A stretch of DNA of 64,000 nucleotides from Eledone cirrhosa (taxonomy: Eukaryota), in contig OZ024743.1 of NCBI GenBank assembly GCA_964016885.1, forward strand, positions 228,470,001 to 228,534,000, given 5' to 3'. The notes under the pieces were generated by a model. It was given only the letters and a program-made list of their open reading frames with translations. It was not told where the DNA came from and searched no databases. Positions 1 to 11,560 of this stretch are shown here, piece by piece. Position 1 is the stretch's first letter. Every line of letters begins with the position of its first letter. Made by a program: the position numbers and the translations under genes.

Positions 1-615
1 AAAAAAATAATAATGGCCCTTTCTTATATGGAGATGATTTATGTAGGTGTGAAATGAGTCTTGTAAGATTTATGGCTTTACCAAAGGAATAAGCAACAGT
101 AAGCAATATGAAATGGTTCCACTCAAGAGTATGGCAGCAGATTTTGGTTTGCTTTCTTTAATATATAAGAAGCAATTTTATTTTATAATTTGTTTTTCAT
201 TTGGTGAATTGACAAATATAACAAATGTTTAACAAATTGACCCCAAAATATTACTGATTATACTACACTATACTACAATGTGTATACTTACAGCATAACA
301 TTTCTCATATCAAACTGCTTGAAACCAGTCTTAGTTCTATGATAGGAAACTGTTTACATTTTGTTCGTATTTATCTGAAAGCCTTCCATCATAATATAAT
401 TACAGATTCATAGATAGATATTCTAGCTAGACAGATATAGACAGACAGATAGGTAGATTAGATTAGATAGATTATATATATAATATATATATATATATAT
501 ATTATAATATATATATATATTATAATATATATATAATATATATATATATATATTATAATATATATATATATTATTATATATATATATATTATTATATATA
601 TATATATTATTATAT

Positions 616-680
<65 letters not shown>

Positions 681-724
681 AAGTTAAATAAAAGTCAAAT
701 GATTAAAATTTAGCTTCGCTTATT

Positions 725-779
725 ACTGCTATATATATTTCAGTGACAGCCATCTTTGGCTGTGACCTCTTCAGGCAGT
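725..779 (-). ncRNA. Minimal type I hammerhead ribozyme motif (Penelope-like-element type)
   Basis: Minus strand reads ACUGC-CUGAAGA-[GGUCACAGCC AAAGAU GGCUGUCACU]-GAAA-UAUAUA-UA-GCAGU. It has an intact CUGANGA/GAAA/UH core, a 5-bp stem I, a 10-position stem II with one mismatch and a palindromic stem III. Confidence 0.7.
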
Positions 780-809
780 TTGAATTAGTATGGTATAGAC
801 AAGTACATA

Positions 810-979
810 TGTTGTTTAGGTGTATAATATTGTCAATACTCTGATATGCCCAGTTCCTTGTTGGGTTGTTAATTCACTGAGGAACTGGAGTCATATTATG
901 ACTCCAGTTCCTCAGGGAATTAACAACCTAAAAAGGAACTGGGCATATCAGAGTATTGACAATATTATACACCTAAACA

Positions 980-982
<3 letters not shown>
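810..982. repeat. 173-bp near-perfect palindrome
   Basis: Arms tgttgtttaggtgtataatattgtc... and ...gacaatattatacacctaaacaaca, centred on 896, with 3 mismatches. Confidence 0.95.
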
Positions 983-1240
<258 letters not shown>

Positions 1241-1574
1241 GAGGCACATGGCTTAGTGGTTAGAGCATTGGCCTTGCAATCGAAAGGTTGTGAGTTCAAT
1301 TCTCAGACCGGGTGATGTGTTGTTTCCTTGAGCAAGACAATTTATTTCACATTGCTCCAGTTTACTCAGCTGTAGAAATGAGATGATAGGGACTGGGTTC
1401 CCTATCATTCCACTGAAAAGTGGACGTCTAGGTGCCACGGCAAAAAAACACCCAGCACTCACTGTAAATGAGGTTGGTGTTAGGAAGGGCATCCAGCTGT
1501 AGAAATCAAGCCAGAATCAGTTCCCGTCCCACCCTTGTAAGCAGGGAAAAGTGGACGTAAAATGAAATGATGAT
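1241..1574 (+). mobile_element. tRNA-derived CORE-type SINE with RTE-derived 3' tail (family S1)
   Basis: A box TGGCTTAGTGG and B box GTTCAATTC. The central ccttgagcaagacactttatttcacattgctccagtttactcagctgtagaaatgag resembles the MIR/CORE domain. The tail gttggtgttaggaagggcatccagctgtagaaa is shared with the RTE LINEs here, and it ends in (TGA)n. Confidence 0.85.
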
Positions 1575-1756
1575 ATATATTAATATATATATATATATAT
1601 TATAATATATATATATATATATATAATTATATATATATATATATATATAATTATATATATATATATATATATATAATTATATATATATATATATATATAT
1701 AATTATATATATATATATATATATATTATAATATATATATATATATATTAATATAT

Positions 1757-1900
1757 ATCATCATTTCATTTTACGTCCACTTTTCCCTGCTTACAAGGGT
1801 GGGACGGGAACTGATTCTGGCTTGATTTCTACAGCTGGATGCCCTTCCTAACACCAACCTCATTTACAGTGAGTGCTGGGTGTTTTTTTGCCGTGGCACC
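1757..1900 (-). mobile_element. Inverted duplicate of the 3' half of the S1 SINE at 1241-1574
   Basis: Exact reverse complement of 1431-1574, including its private variants. Confidence 0.9.
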
Positions 1901-2072
1901 ATGATGATGATGATGATGATGATATTATATATATATATATTATATATATATATATATAATAATTATATATATATATATATATAATTATATATATATATAT
2001 ATATATATAATTATATATATATATATATATATATTATTATATATATATATATATAATATATATATATATAAT

Positions 2073-3583
2073 ATCATCATCATCATCATCATCATCATCG
2101 TTTAACGTCCATGTACCACGCTTGCATGGGTTTGGACAGGAGTTTTCCCACTTGAGGCAAGAGTGGTTGTCTTGCTCGCATAGGACTGTCTGGTGGGTTT
2201 TCTACAGCTGGATGCCCTTCCTAACATCAACCACATTTACAGTGTGGGGCTGGGAGGTTTTTACCGTGTTGCCTACACGGCCAGATTACAGCGTGGACTG
2301 TGTGTTTTTTTGTCGTGACACCTACAAGATCTCATTTGTTTCGGCCTGGATGTTGTGGCACCAACATAACTTTACATTGAAAGGGGCGGCGTGGATGGGG
2401 TGGGGGTGGTGAGACGGGGTGTATTTTGTTAGAGATGCCTACTGACTGTAGTAGGTTTTACTTCGTATTTAGGTAGGGTGGGTCTTCTCTATTACTGAGT
2501 ACCGCCAAAGATCTCGGTCCAGTGACATTGTCTTGGAGAGGTGTAAGTGTGTAAGGTCGGAATTTATCAGGTCGTCCCAGGTTTTTCTGGGTCTGCCTAC
2601 TCCGTGGCTACCGTCTATCTTTATTGCCCTGCACTTTGTTATACAGCTGTCGTCTTTCATGCGCATCACGTGACCATACCAACGTAGCCTTCTCTCGAGT
2701 AAACAACATATGATACCTCTTATTTCTAATTTTTCCCTTAGTTCTTTTATGCTTTGCCGTTCACGTATATTACTATTACACATCCAGCGGAGCATGCAAG
2801 CTTCGTTCCTCTCTTGTCTGTGTATATCCTCTGCACACAATGCCCAGGTCTCACTGCCATGCAACATTGCTGTTCGTATGCAAGCATCATACAGCCTGCC
2901 TTTCATTTTTAGGGAGAACCCTTTAGCGGCTAATAGTGGTATAAGCTCTCTGAACTTTTTCCATCCAGTTCTGACTCTAGCTACTGTACTTTCCGAGCAC
3001 CCTCCCCCACTGCTGATTTTGTCACCCAGGTAACGGAAGCTGTCCACTATTTCTATAGAACCATCTGCGCAATTGAAAGAGCTAGTATTTTGTGGGCGCT
3101 TGCTGCTACTTATTGCACCAGAGCACCAGCCACATGTAAAATCTATGTTCTTAGTTAGCTTACCTGTGATCCTACTACATCTTTTATGCACCCATACTTT
3201 GCATTTGGGACATAAAATGGAGTTTCTACCTATGCCTTTCCTACACACTGAGCATGGCCATTTCCCGGAAGGGTCCGGCACCTTATTTTCTTTCCTACAA
3301 ACTAGAACTTTAGTCTTAGCCAGATTAATTTTAAGGCCTTTTGATTCTAGGCCGTGCTTCCATGTTTGGAATTTCTTCTCTAGCTCGGCCATTGATTCAG
3401 CTATGAGCGTTAGATCATCTGCGTATAGGAGTTCCCATGGGCAGCCGGTCTTGAACTCCACTGTTATAGCCTGAAGGGCAATAATAAATAGTAGGGGGGC
3501 TAAGAACAGAGCCCTGATGAACACCAACTTTTACGCTAAACTCTTCACTATATTCATTGTTAATTCTAACCTTGCTGACTGTT
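2073..3583 (-). mobile_element. 5'-truncated RTE-clade LINE, family A (RT C-terminal half, PHD finger, 3' UTR)
   Basis: ORF 2469-3527 has LLYADD, CSVC..CPKC..WVHKRC..CGWC and RLRWYGHV. GVHQGSVLSP lies in a shifted frame. (CAT)n tail at about 2074-2098. Confidence 0.92.
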
Positions 3584-3626
3584 ATATATATATATATATA
3601 ATATATATATATATATATAATATATA

Positions 3627-4230
3627 TAAATTCCGACCTGACACGCTTACACCTCTCCAAGACAATGTCACTGGACCGAGACCTTTGGCGGTACTCAGTA
3701 ATAGAGAAGACCCGCCTTACCTAAATACAAAGTAAAAACCTACTACAGTCAGTAGGCATCTCTATCAAAACACCCCCCCGTCCCACCACCTCCACCCCAT
3801 CCACACCGCCCCTTTCAATGTAAAGTTATGTTGGTCCCACAACATCCAGGCCGAAACAAATGAGATCGTGTAGGTGTCACGACAAAAAAACACACAGTCC
3901 ACGCTGTAAATGTGGCCGTGTAGGCAACACGGTAGAAACCTCCCAGCCCCACACTGTAAATATGGTTGGTGTTAGGAAGGGCATCCAGCTGTAGAAAACC
4001 CGCCAGACAGTCCACGCTGTAATGTGGCCGTGTAGGCAACACGGTAAAAACCTCCCAGCCCCACACTGTAAATGTGGTTGGTGTTAGGAAGGGCATCCAA
4101 CTGTAGAAAACCCGCCAGACAGTCCTATGCGAGCAAGACAACCACTCTTGCCTCAAGTGGGAAAACCCCCGTCCAAACCCATGCAAGCGTGGAACACGGA
4201 CGCTAAACCTGATGATGATGATGATGATGA
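3627..4230 (+). mobile_element. 3' fragment of RTE family A with internal tandem duplication of the 3' UTR module
   Basis: Matches 39532-40029; the module at about 3895-4010 is repeated at about 4008-4125; (TGA)n tail. Confidence 0.9.
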
Positions 4231-4264
4231 TATATATATATATATAAATATATATAATATATAT

Positions 4265-4312
<48 letters not shown>

Positions 4313-4328
4313 TATATAATATATATAT

Positions 4329-4360
<32 letters not shown>

Positions 4361-4361
4361 A

Positions 4362-4403
<42 letters not shown>

Positions 4404-4408
4404 TATAT

Positions 4409-4797
4409 AAATAAAGTGTCTTGCTCAAGGAAACAACACATCACCCGGTCTGAGTATTGAACTCACAACCTTTCGATTGCATTGGGCTTGCAATCGAAAG
4501 GTTGTGAGTTCAATACTCAGACCGGGTGATGTGTTGTTTCCTTGAGCAAGACACTTTATTTCACATTGCTCCAGTTTACTCAGCTGTAGAAATGAGATGA
4601 TAGGGACTGAGGTCCCTATCATTCCACTGTAAAGTGGTCGTGGAGGTGCCACGGTAAAAAAGCACCCAGCACTCACTGTAAATGAGGTTGGTGTTAGGAA
4701 GGGCATCCAGCTGTAGAAATCAAGCCAGAATCAGTTCCCGTCCCACCCTTGCAAGCAGGGAAAAGCAGACGTAAAATGATGATGATGATGATGATGA
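4409..4797 (+). mobile_element. S1 SINE with a 73-bp 5' fold-back (inverted) duplication
   Basis: 4409-4481 is the reverse complement of 4489-4561; the remainder matches the S1 consensus. Confidence 0.9.
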
Positions 4798-4819
4798 TAA
4801 TATATATATATATATATAA

Positions 4820-4885
<66 letters not shown>

Positions 4886-4951
4886 TGTTATACTTTGGGA
4901 GGGTCATGTTGCCAATATATAAATATATATTATATATATATATATATATAA

Positions 4952-4999
<48 letters not shown>

Positions 5000-5037
5000 T
5001 ATATAATATATATATATATATATACATAAATATATAT

Positions 5038-5071
<34 letters not shown>

Positions 5072-5113
5072 ATATATATTATATATATATATATATATAA
5101 ATATATATAATAT

Positions 5114-5406
5114 ATGGCTTAGTGGTTAGAGCATTGGGCTTGCAATTGAAAGGTTGTGAGTTCAATTCTCAGACCGGGTGATGTGTTGTTTCCTTGAGCA
5201 AGACACTTTATTTCACATTGCTCCAGTTTACTCAGCTGTAGAAATGAGATGATAGGGTCTGGGGTCTCTAGCATTCCACTGTAAAGTGGTTGTGGAGGTG
5301 CCACGGCAAAAAAGCACCCAGCACTCACTGTAAATGAGGTTGGTGTTAGGAAGGGCATCCAGTTGTAGAAATCAAGCCAGGGAAAAGGGGACGTAAAATG
5401 GAATGA
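5114..5406 (+). mobile_element. S1 SINE with a 3' internal deletion
   Basis: Same head, CORE and tail as 1241-1574; deletion between aagccag and ggaaaa. Confidence 0.88.
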
Positions 5407-5438
<32 letters not shown>

Positions 5439-5720
5439 CAATCTTTAATTGTATTACGGCTCTGTCCTCTGACATTGAGCTAACCATATGCTGCCTATTT
5501 GATAAGTGGAGTGTTACACACTCCCAATTCTCTCCCTTATATATATATATATAATATATATATATATATATAATATTATATATAATATATAATATATATA
5601 TATAATATATATAATATAATATATAATATATATATATAATATATATATATATAATATATATATACATAATAATATATATAATATATATATATATTTATAA
5701 TATATATATATAATATATAT

Positions 5721-8700
5721 ATCGGGGCTATCAGAATTAAAACAATTACCACAATAATATCAGCTTACGCACCCTAATCGGGGCTGTCAGACAAACTTAA
5801 GGATTTTACGAGTCCCTAATGCACACTACTGCTCTAACAGACGACAATGACTTCCTAATCATCGCAGGAGATTTTAACGTACATGTAGGTAAACACTGCA
5901 ACGGCTTCAATAGAGTACATGGAGGCCATGGGGTTGGCACAAGGAATGAGGACTTCTAGATTTCTGCGACGCCAATGACATGTCGATATGTAACACAAAC
6001 TTTAAAAAACCCGACAACCACCTCATCACCTATAGATCAGGGGAGCACTCTAGTCAGTTAGATTTTATCCTCATCAGAAGAGGTGACAGATGGACGGTCG
6101 TAAACACAAAAGCCTTCCCTAGTGAGGAATGTACATCCCAACATAGCTTAGTTGTCAGCGACCTCACGGTCAGAACTAGACGAACCCGGAAACAGAGGCC
6201 AACCTGGAGAAGAAAGATCTGGAAGCTGAATGTCCCCTCAACCAGTAACAGATTTAAAGATATTTTACTCAACGCCTACGACAGTAAAGAAGAACAGATA
6301 CAGACATTTAATGTAGAAGAGAACTGGGAGTTCCTAAAAAATAATTTACTAGAGGCGACGGATGAGGTCTGTGGCTGGAGTAAGACCTCAAGCAGGAGGA
6401 GAGTGACTTGGTGGTGGAACAATAAGGTAGATGAAGCAGTTAAGGCCAAGAGACAGGCATGGAAAGAATGGAAGAATGGGGGGAGCAGGGTACATTACAT
6501 AGAGACCAAGAGGGAAGCTAGGCAACAAGTATACTTAGCTAGGAGGGAAGCAGAGGATAGAAAATTCAAGCATGTTTTGCAACGTAAGGACCAGAAACAG
6601 GAGGTATTCAAGATTGCGAGGCAGTGTGTCAGAGATAGTTGTGACGTCATTGGAGAGAAGTGTATCCGGAATGATAAAGGCGAGCTTGCCCTCACAAGTG
6701 CTGAGAAGAAAGACGCATGGAAGAGTCATTATGATAGATTACTAAATGAGGAGAATGCATGGGAAGAAGAGACCCTACCCCAAGTAGACCCTATAGAGGG
6801 ACCAGCAGTACAAGTCAGCAGCAGCGTAGTAAGTAAGGCAATCAAAGATATGAAGATGGGGAAGGCAACCGGTCCATCGGGTATAGCTGCCGAGATGCTG
6901 AAGGCATCTGGGTCTGTAGGTCACACTATAACCACACGTATCGTTAACCAGGTAATACTAGAAGGTGCCATACCAAAAGATTGGTGCAGTAGCATCATTG
7001 TCAACTGCTACAAAGGTAAAGGCGATGCACTAGATAGAGGAAACTATAGAGGTATAAAGTTGATGGACCAGGTCATGAAAGTAACAGAAAGAGTTATAGC
7101 ACAGCTGATTAGGGACCGGGTGAAAATAGACGAGATGCAATTTGGGTTTGTACCAGGAAGAGGCACCACTGATGCCCTCTTCCTTGTGAGGCAATTACAG
7201 GAAAAGTACCTAGCTAAAAGTAAGCCACTCTACTTGGCATTTGTCGACCTTGAGAAAGCCTTTGACAGAGTTCCACGTGCTGTAATCTGGTGGGCTCTTA
7301 AAAAATTAGGAGTAGATGAATGGCTTGTGAAAGCGGTACAAGCCATGTATAGGGGAGCAGTCAGCAAAGTTAGGATTAGCAGTGAGTATAGCGAGGAATT
7401 TAGCGTACAGGTTGGGGTCCACCAGGGCTCTGTTCTTAGCCCTCTCCTTTTCATCATAGTCCTGCAGGCAATAACAGAGGAGTTTAAGACCAGATGCCCA
7501 TGGGAACTCCTGTATGCTGATGACCTCGCACTCATAGCTGAATCTATGGTAGAACTAGAGAATAAATTCCAAACTTGGAAGCAGGGACTAGAAAGAAAGG
7601 GTCTCAAAGTCAACATGACAAAGACTAAGGTCCTTGTAAGTAGACGAGAAAACAGAACCCAGATCCCCTCAGGGAAATGGCCTTGCTCAGTATGTAGGAA
7701 AGGTGTAGGTAGGAACTCCATTCTCTGCCCCAAATGCAAACAATGGGTACACAAGAGATGTAGCGGGATCTCAGGAAGCTTAATTAAGAATGTAGGATTC
7801 ACATGCAGCAGCTGTGCTGAGACAGCAAGCAGCAAACAGCCACAGGAAACAAGTACCACCAATCTCTGGGAGGGCCCTGTAGAAACAGTAGACAGCTTCT
7901 GCTACCTAGGTGACCGAATTAGCAGCGGAGGTGGGTGTTCAGAAAGTACAATAACTAGGGTAAGAACGGGATGGAAGAAGTTTAGAGAACTACTACCACT
8001 GCTAGCTGCAAAAGGCTTCTCCCTCAGAATGAAAGGCAGACTGTATGATGCGTGTATCCGAACAGCGATGTTGCATGGTAGTAAGACCTGGGTGCTGAAG
8101 GTGGAAGACTTACGGAGATTAGAGAAAAACGAAGCCTGCATGCTCCGATGGATGTGTAACAGTAATATACATGAACGACAAAGCATAAATGAATTGAGAG
8201 AGAGACTGAGCATAAGTGGAATCAAATGTTGTGTGCAGGAGAGGCGGTTGCGCTAGTATGGACATGTGATGCATATGAAAGATGACAGCTGCATAAAAAG
8301 GTGCAGAGCACTAGAAGTTGATGGAAACTGCAGAGTGGGGAGACCCAAGATGACCTGGGATGAGGTGATAAAAGCCGACCTAACCCAATTACACCTCTCA
8401 AAGACAATGACACACGACTGTGACTTGTGGCAGTAATACAGAGTACCCGACCTCCCATGGGTACAAGTTGAAGCATATAGACAATATGCCCCACACCCCC
8501 CACCGCAAGGTGGTCATGGAGGTGCCACGGCAAAAAAGCACCCAGCCCACACTGTAAAGTGGACGTGTAGGCGCCACGAAAAAGCACCCAGCACTCACTG
8601 TAAATGAGGTTGGTGTTAGGAAGGGCATCCAGCTGTAGAAATCAAGCCAAATCAGTTCCTGTATGAGCAAGGCATGGTCAGCCGACCAGACACTGCCCAC

Positions 8701-8766
8701 AACAGGACAACCCGTCTAACCCATGCTAGCATGGAAGAACGGACGTAAAACGGTGATGATGATGAT
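5721..8766 (+). mobile_element. 5'-truncated RTE-clade LINE, family B (about 3 kb)
   Basis: APE endonuclease motifs SAYAP and GDFN lie upstream of the ORF in disrupted frames, followed by RT, a PHD-type finger, a structured 3' UTR and a (TGA)n tail. Flanked by (AT)n on both sides. Confidence 0.95.
5980..8256 (+). pseudogene. RTE ORF2 remnant (758 aa): endonuclease C-terminus, reverse transcriptase, PHD-type finger; premature stop
   Basis: Motifs NYRGIKL, QFGFVPGRGTTDA, FVDLEKAFDRV, GVHQGSVLSPLLF and LLYADD. A TAG replaces W in RRLR(W)YGHV. Confidence 0.93.
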
Positions 8767-8823
8767 ATATATATATATATAATATATATATATATAATAT
8801 ATATATAATATATATATATATAT

Positions 8824-8854
<31 letters not shown>

Positions 8855-8967
8855 ATATATATATAATATATATATATATATAATATATATATATATATAA
8901 TATATATATATAATATATATATAATATAATATAATATAATATAATATATATATATATATGCCAATAG

Positions 8968-9320
8968 GAGGCACATAGCTTAGTGGTTAGAGCATTCGCC
9001 TTGCAATCGAAAGGTTGTGAGTTCAATTCTCAGACCGGGTGATGTGTTGTTCCCTTGAGCAAGACACTTTATTTCACATTGCTCCAGTTTACTCAGCTGT
9101 AGAAATGAGATGATAGGGACTCGGTTCCCTATCATTCCACTGCATTCCACTATCATTCCACGTGGAGGTGTCACGGCAAAAAAGCACCCAGCACTCACTG
9201 TAAATGAGGTTGGTGTTAGGAAGGGCATCCAGCTGTAGAAATCAAGCCAAAATTAGTTCCCGTCCCACCCTTGCAAGCAGGGAAAAGTGGACGTAAAATG
9301 AAATGATGATGAAATGATGA
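8968..9320 (+). mobile_element. S1 SINE
   Basis: Full head, CORE and tail; small local duplications at about 9131-9160. Confidence 0.88.
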
Positions 9321-9486
9321 TATTAATGAAAAAGAACAAAGGAACTATTATGACATTATAACAAGTTTATTGCCGACAGCCGTTTCGTTCGACCATACTA
9401 GCTACCGTCTAACTAGCTACCGTCGCATATTTGGTAGGTCAGGCGTGATCATTGCGATTCACGTATGACCTACCATACATCTTGCT

Positions 9487-9521
<35 letters not shown>

Positions 9522-9616
9522 TATATATAATATATATATAATATATATATTATATATATATAATATATATATATATAATATATATATAATATATATATTA
9601 TATATATATAATATAA

Positions 9617-10074
9617 TCATCATCATCATCATCACCGTTTTACGTCCGTTCTTCCACGCTAGCATGGGTTAGACGGGTTGTCCTGTTGTGGGCAGTGTCT
9701 GGTCGGCTGACCATGCCTTGCTCATACAGGAACTGATCTGGCTTGATTTCTACAGCTGGATGCCCTTCCTAACACCAACCTCATTTACAGTGAGTGCTGG
9801 GTGCTTTTTCGTGGCGCCTACACGTCCACTTTACAGTGTGGGCTGGGTGCTTTTTTGCCGTGGCACCTCCACGACCACCTTGCGGTGGGGGGGGGGGGGC
9901 ATATTGTTTATATGCTTCAGCATGTACCCATGGGAGGTCGGGTACCCTGTATTACTGCGTGACGCCAGAAGTCACGGTCGTGTGTCATTGACTTTGAGAG
10001 GTGTAGTTGGGTAAGGTCGGCTTTTATCACCTCATCCCAAGTCATCTTGGGTCTCCCCACTCCGCGGTTTCCAT
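9617..10074 (-). mobile_element. 3' fragment of RTE family B, inverted relative to 5721-8766
   Basis: Diverged reverse complement of about 8320-8766. Confidence 0.9.
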
Positions 10075-10282
10075 AATATATATATATATATATAATATAA
10101 TATATATATATATATATATAATATATATATTATATATATATAATATAATATATATATATATAATATAATATATATATTATATATATATAATATAATATAT
10201 ATATATATATAATATAATATATATATATATATAATATATATATTATATATATATATATAATATAATATATATATATATATAT

Positions 10283-10342
10283 ATAATTGTTTCTACTTTA
10301 GGCATAAGGCCAGCAGTTACCCAGTAGATTACTGGTACTTTA
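10283..10342 (-). mobile_element. 3' fragment of Nin/Deu-type SINE (family S2)
   Basis: Reverse complement of aaagtaccagtaa...ggccttgtgcctaaagtagaaacaattat. Confidence 0.8.
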
Positions 10343-11125
10343 TATATATATATATATATAAGTAAGTAGATAGAGGATAGAGAAGAGAAATTGTGGTAGG
10401 TAAAGGTTTAGAACACTGTAGAAAAAAACAGATTTGAGAAAATGTAGAATCAATAAATATGAATGTACACGTACACTCACACACATACACATATGTATAC
10501 ATGTGCAAATGTATACATGTATGAATAAAGGTATACATGCATGTATATTCTTGTCATAAAATGATACAAGACAAGTTTGGAGGTGAACATTTATGTGTCT
10601 CTGAGGAGAGTGAGTGAATGAGTGAAAAACTCGTATCTGTCTCATTTTCACTCATATATATCTAATATTTCTTTCTCTCTCTCTCTTGCTTTCTCTTTAA
10701 AATTCATTTTTACTTAAACAGGAAGGGAAAGTGAGGGAAGAGAGGGGAGAGAAAGTAAAAAAAACACCCAGATAGAGTTAGAAATAGAAATAGAGAAGAT
10801 ATATGTGTAGGTTTATTTTTATCTACTTATCACAATATTTCATTATCATTAATTTATTTCTTCTGTCCAGGCTGCCAGTTTTCTCTTCTAAAAATCTATT
10901 CTTCCTCTATCTAACCTTTCTTTCTTTAGTTCTCTCCTCATTCTTCTAAAGTTTCTTTCTTTTGAACGCCCTCATCCCCTAAACCTCACTTCAAACTCAT
11001 TTTAATTCAATTCAACAGAAGGAAACACCTTCTCTTTCCATTATCCTTTCCATCTCAGCACTTTACTATACCTACCTCCGAACCTATTGCCTTCCTCACT
11101 CCGTCATCCCTTTCACTATATAATC

Positions 11126-11560
11126 CAGGTTAAGAAGCCTTTATCTGGAATGCTTGGGACTAGACATGTTTTGGATTTGGCAGGTTTTCAAATTTCGAAA
11201 TTGTTGTATATTTTGTGTACCACATCTATAAAATGGAACAGCTTGGGGATGAAACTCAAACCTAAACATGATATCCATTAACATTTCATAATACAGTTTA
11301 TTCATATACACTAAAGATAGACTTATATAAAATACATATACACTGAAGGTAATTTTAGATAAATTACATATACACTGGAGGTAGTTAGTCTTAAATCAAT
11401 TAGATATACACTAAACATAGTTTTATATAAATTACATGTACCCTGAATGTATTGCCTTGTGGAATTTTCTGTTTGTGTCAAGTCATGTCAGTACACGAAA
11501 ATCTTTCAGATTTTGGAGATTTTTTTTATTTTGGAGTTTTAGATAAAGGGTTGTAATCTG
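11126..11560. mobile_element. Non-autonomous pogo/Tigger-like DNA transposon (MITE) with an internal ~33-bp tandem repeat
   Basis: Imperfect TIRs: caggttaagaagcctttatctggaa at the left and, reverse-complemented, cagattacaaccctttatctaaaa at the right. catatacactgaaggt-type units at about 11303-11450. Resembles Tigger4b/MER46B from memory. Confidence 0.65.

Noticed and set aside
1241-1312. tRNA gene
   Set aside because: A and B boxes are present, but the acceptor stem does not close and the sequence continues into a multi-copy SINE body.
1253-1492. Recurrent ~79-aa ORF MPFLTPTSFTVSAG... in several places
   Set aside because: Antisense reading of the S1 SINE; recurrence reflects copy identity, not coding selection.
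7230-7862. Antisense ORFs over the RT (also 2710-3474, 14553-14894, 38631-39356)
   Set aside because: Shadow ORFs of LINE coding sequence; boundaries vary between copies and there are no independent motifs.
5721-8766. Active full-length LINE
   Set aside because: 5'-truncated within the endonuclease, with a stop and frameshifts upstream and a premature TAG at 8254-8256.
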